64,000 bases of DNA from Squalus acanthias (taxonomy: Eukaryota), in contig CM059431.1 of the NCBI GenBank assembly GCA_030390025.1, positions 135,658,001 to 135,722,000 on the forward strand, written 5' to 3'. Below are positions 61,219 through 64,000 of this stretch, one piece after another. Under the pieces are notes generated by a model. The model worked only from the letters and a program-made list of their open reading frames with translations, was not told where the DNA came from and did not search any database. The position numbers and the translations under genes are program-made. Each line of letters starts with the position of its first letter. The first letter of the stretch is position 1.

Positions 61219-62308
61219 GAAGATCTAAACGAGAGACCTTACTTTTACTTTAACGACTGGAATGTAGAAATACTGTAGAAATACTCACCGCTGGTTCTCT
61301 GTCCCCTCTTCTGCAGCTTTTTAGCTCCTGCTCTCCTGGAAGCTGACAAAGATAGAAAAAGAAAGAGACACCTCCCTCCCCGAACTCCCTCGCTCACCAA
61401 ACTCGCAGCTTAACACTCTGTTCCGATCTGCAATCCGTTCAGTGATATTATAGCTATTACAGAGATGTGGCTGACAGAGGGGCAGGTATGGCAGCTCAAC
61501 ATTCCTGGTTACAGGATTTTCAGACGGGATAGAGAGGGAGGTAAAAAGGGAGGGAGTCCGCAGTATTGATTAAAGAAACTATTATAGCTGTGAGGAAGGA
61601 TGATATGTTGGAGGGATCATCAAACGAGGCCATATGGGTCGAACTGAAAAACAAAAAAGGGACGATCACACTGTTGGGAGTGTACTACAGACCCCCAAAC
61701 AGTGAGATGGAGATAGAAGAGCAAATATGTAGACAAATTTCTGAGAAGTGCAAAAACTATAGGGCAGTAATAGTAGGGGATTTCAACTACCCCAATATTA
61801 ACTGGGATAAAATTAGTGTGAAGGGTATAGAGGGTGCGGAATTCCTAAAAATGCATCCAGGAGAACTTTTTTAGGCAGTATGTAGCAAGCCCAACAAATA
61901 AGGGGGTGGTTCTGGACTTAGTTTTAGGGAATGAGGCTGGGCAGGTAGAAGCCGTATCAGTGGGGGTGAATTTTGGTGCTAGTGACCATAATTCTGTTAA
62001 ATTTAAGATAGTTATGGAAAAGGACAATGATAGACCTGGAATAAAAATTCTAAATTGGGGAAAAGCAAATTTTGCTAAGCTCAGAGGGGATTTAGCCATA
62101 GTGGACTGGAAACAGCTACTTGAAGGTAAATCAGTGTCAGAGCAGTGGGAGACATTCAAGGAGGAGATCCGGAGGGTTCAGACCAAATATGTGCCCTTAA
62201 AGAAAAAAGGTGGGACTAGCAAATCTAGAGCCCCCTGGATGTCTAGAGACATACAGGGTAGGATAAAGAAAAAAAGGGAGGCGTATGACAGATACCGAGG
62301 ACTAAATA

Positions 62309-62559
62309 CAGTAAACTCTTTCGTATCCGGCACCTACAGGACCAGGATGGTGCCAGTTGATGAAAAATTCTGGATAACAGAGAGGTAGGCAATTTTTAAC
62401 ACAAAAAAAATAAAAACCACTGACTAACTCGGCCACCGGGGGAAACTCGGATTCGGAAAAACGAAAAATGGATGGATTCGGCAAGATTACCGGTTATCTA
62501 TTTTGCCGGTTATTAAAGAATTTCAGATGATGAAGTGCTGTTTAAACAAGAGTTTACTG
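62309..62559. mobile_element. Tc1/mariner-pogo (Tigger-like) MITE, 251 bp
   Basis: TIRs CAGTAAACTCTT / AAGAGTTTACTG; TA TSD; removing it restores the CR1 reading GLNTPESLEEYRK. Confidence 0.92.
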
Positions 62560-64000
62560 TACTCCAGAATCTTTAGAGGAGTACAGAAAGTACAGGGGTG
62601 CAATTAAAAAGGATATTAGGAAAGCAAAGAGAGAGCATGAAAAATTCTCGGCAAGTAAAATCAAGGAAAACCCAAAGATGTTTTATAAATATATTAAGAG
62701 TAAGAGGATAACTAAAGAAAGGGTAGGGCCTATTAGAGATCATGAGGGTAATCTGTGTGTGGAGGTGGAAGACGTCGGTAGGGTTCTTAATGAATACTTT
62801 GCGTCTGTTTTCACAAAGGAGAGGGATGAAACAGACATTGCTATCAGGGGGGAGGAGTGTGAAATATCAGATGAATTAACATAGTGAGAGAGGAAGTATT
62901 AAGGGGTTTAGCAGCTTTAAAAGTGGATAAATCCCCAGGCCCGGATGAAATGTATCCCAGGCTGTTAAGCGAAGCAAAAGAGGAAATAGCAGAGGCCCTG
63001 ACCATCATTTTTCAATCCTCTCTGGCTTCAGGTGTGGTGCCGGAGGACTGGAGGACTGCTAATGTGGTACCCTTGTTTAAAAAGGGAGAAAAGGATAGAC
63101 CAAGTAATTACAGGCCAGTCAGCCTAACCTCGGTCGTGGGAAAATTATTGGAAAGAATTCTGAAGGACAGGATAAATCTTCATTTAGAAAGACACAGATT
63201 AATCAAGGATAGTCAGCACGGATTTGTTAAGGGAAGGTCGTGTCTGACAAACTTGATTGAATTTTTTGAGGAGGTAACAAGGAGGGTAGATGAGGGTAGT
63301 GCGTTTGATGTAGTGTATATGGACTTTAGCAAGGGTTTTGATAAGGTTCCACATGGCAGACTGGTCATGAAGTTAAAAGCCCATGGGATCCAGGGCAAAG
63401 TGTCAAGTTGGATTCAAAACTGGCTCGGAGACAGGAAGCAGAGGGCAATGGTTGATGGGTGGTTTTGTGACTGGAAGGCTGTTTCCAGTGGGGTTCCACA
63501 GGGCTCAGTACTAGGTCCCTTGCTTTTTGTGGTATATATCAATGATCTAGACTTGAATATAGGGGGTATGATTAAGAAGTTTGCAGATGATACTAAAATC
63601 GGCTGTGTGGTTGATACTGAAGAAGAAAGCTGTAGACTGCAGGAAGATATCAATAAATTGGTCAGGTGGGCAGAACATTGGCAAATGGAATTCAATCCGA
63701 AGAAGTGTGAGGTAATGCATTTGCGGAGGGCTAACAAGGAAAGGGAATACACGTTTAATGGTAGGACACTGAGTAGTGTAGAGGAACAAAGGGACCTTGG
63801 ACTGCATGTCCACAGACCCCTGAAGGTAGCAGGCCAGGTAGATAAGGTGGTTAAGAAGGCATACGGAATGCTTGCCTTTATTAACCGTGGCATAGAATAC
63901 AAGAGCAGGGGGGTTATGCTTCAACTGTATAAAACACTAGTTAAGCCTCAGCTGGAGTACTGCGTGCAGTTCTGGTCACACATTACAGGAAAGATGTGAT

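Larger units (their letters stand above)
56201..61441 (-). mobile_element. Near full-length CR1 LINE with a duplicated 3' end and a MITE in its tail
   Basis: 5' UTR 61230-61441, ORF1 60457-61218, ORF2 pieces 59881-60450, 58880-59863, 58029-58910, 57542-58039; second 3' end 57085-57450; TGATA at both junctions. Confidence 0.95.
55538..64000 (+). mobile_element. Young CR1 LINE (ORF1 C-terminal half through RT), split by the 56201-61441 insertion and running off the window
   Basis: ORF1 55539-55817; endonuclease ..VDTWDYD resumes as DIIAITE.W near 61444; RT ORF 62884-63999. Confidence 0.95.

Overview
Vertebrate genomic DNA, almost certainly from a cartilaginous fish (shark-type repeats: HE1-like V-SINEs, SacSINE1-like DeuSINEs, HER1/CR1 LINEs, Penelope-like fragments). 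Most of the window is nested transposable elements. There are at least 17 CR1 LINE pieces (one near full length), a split L2 LINE and two RTE LINE 3' fragments. PIF/Harbinger elements are represented by two near-complete decayed copies (transposase plus convergent, intron-containing Myb/SANT gene), two fragments and several MITE families with Harbinger-type TIRs and 3-bp TSDs. Also present are a Tc1/mariner-pogo MITE, a 980-bp miniature Gypsy LTR element with a tRNA-Trp PBS, five Penelope-like fragments carrying hammerhead ribozyme motifs, and a 44/48-bp minisatellite. No intact autonomous element or recognisable host gene was found. Three phase-compatible minus-strand candidate exons (55264-55315, 55112-55170, 6126-6278) suggest the window may be mostly one large intron of an unidentified gene. 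The most unusual observations are a ~750-bp MITE family whose chain of hairpins and a pseudoknot is kept between copies through compensatory sequence change, and Penelope-like insertions that repeatedly end at the hammerhead motif. All family names come from recognising motifs by eye, not from database searches.
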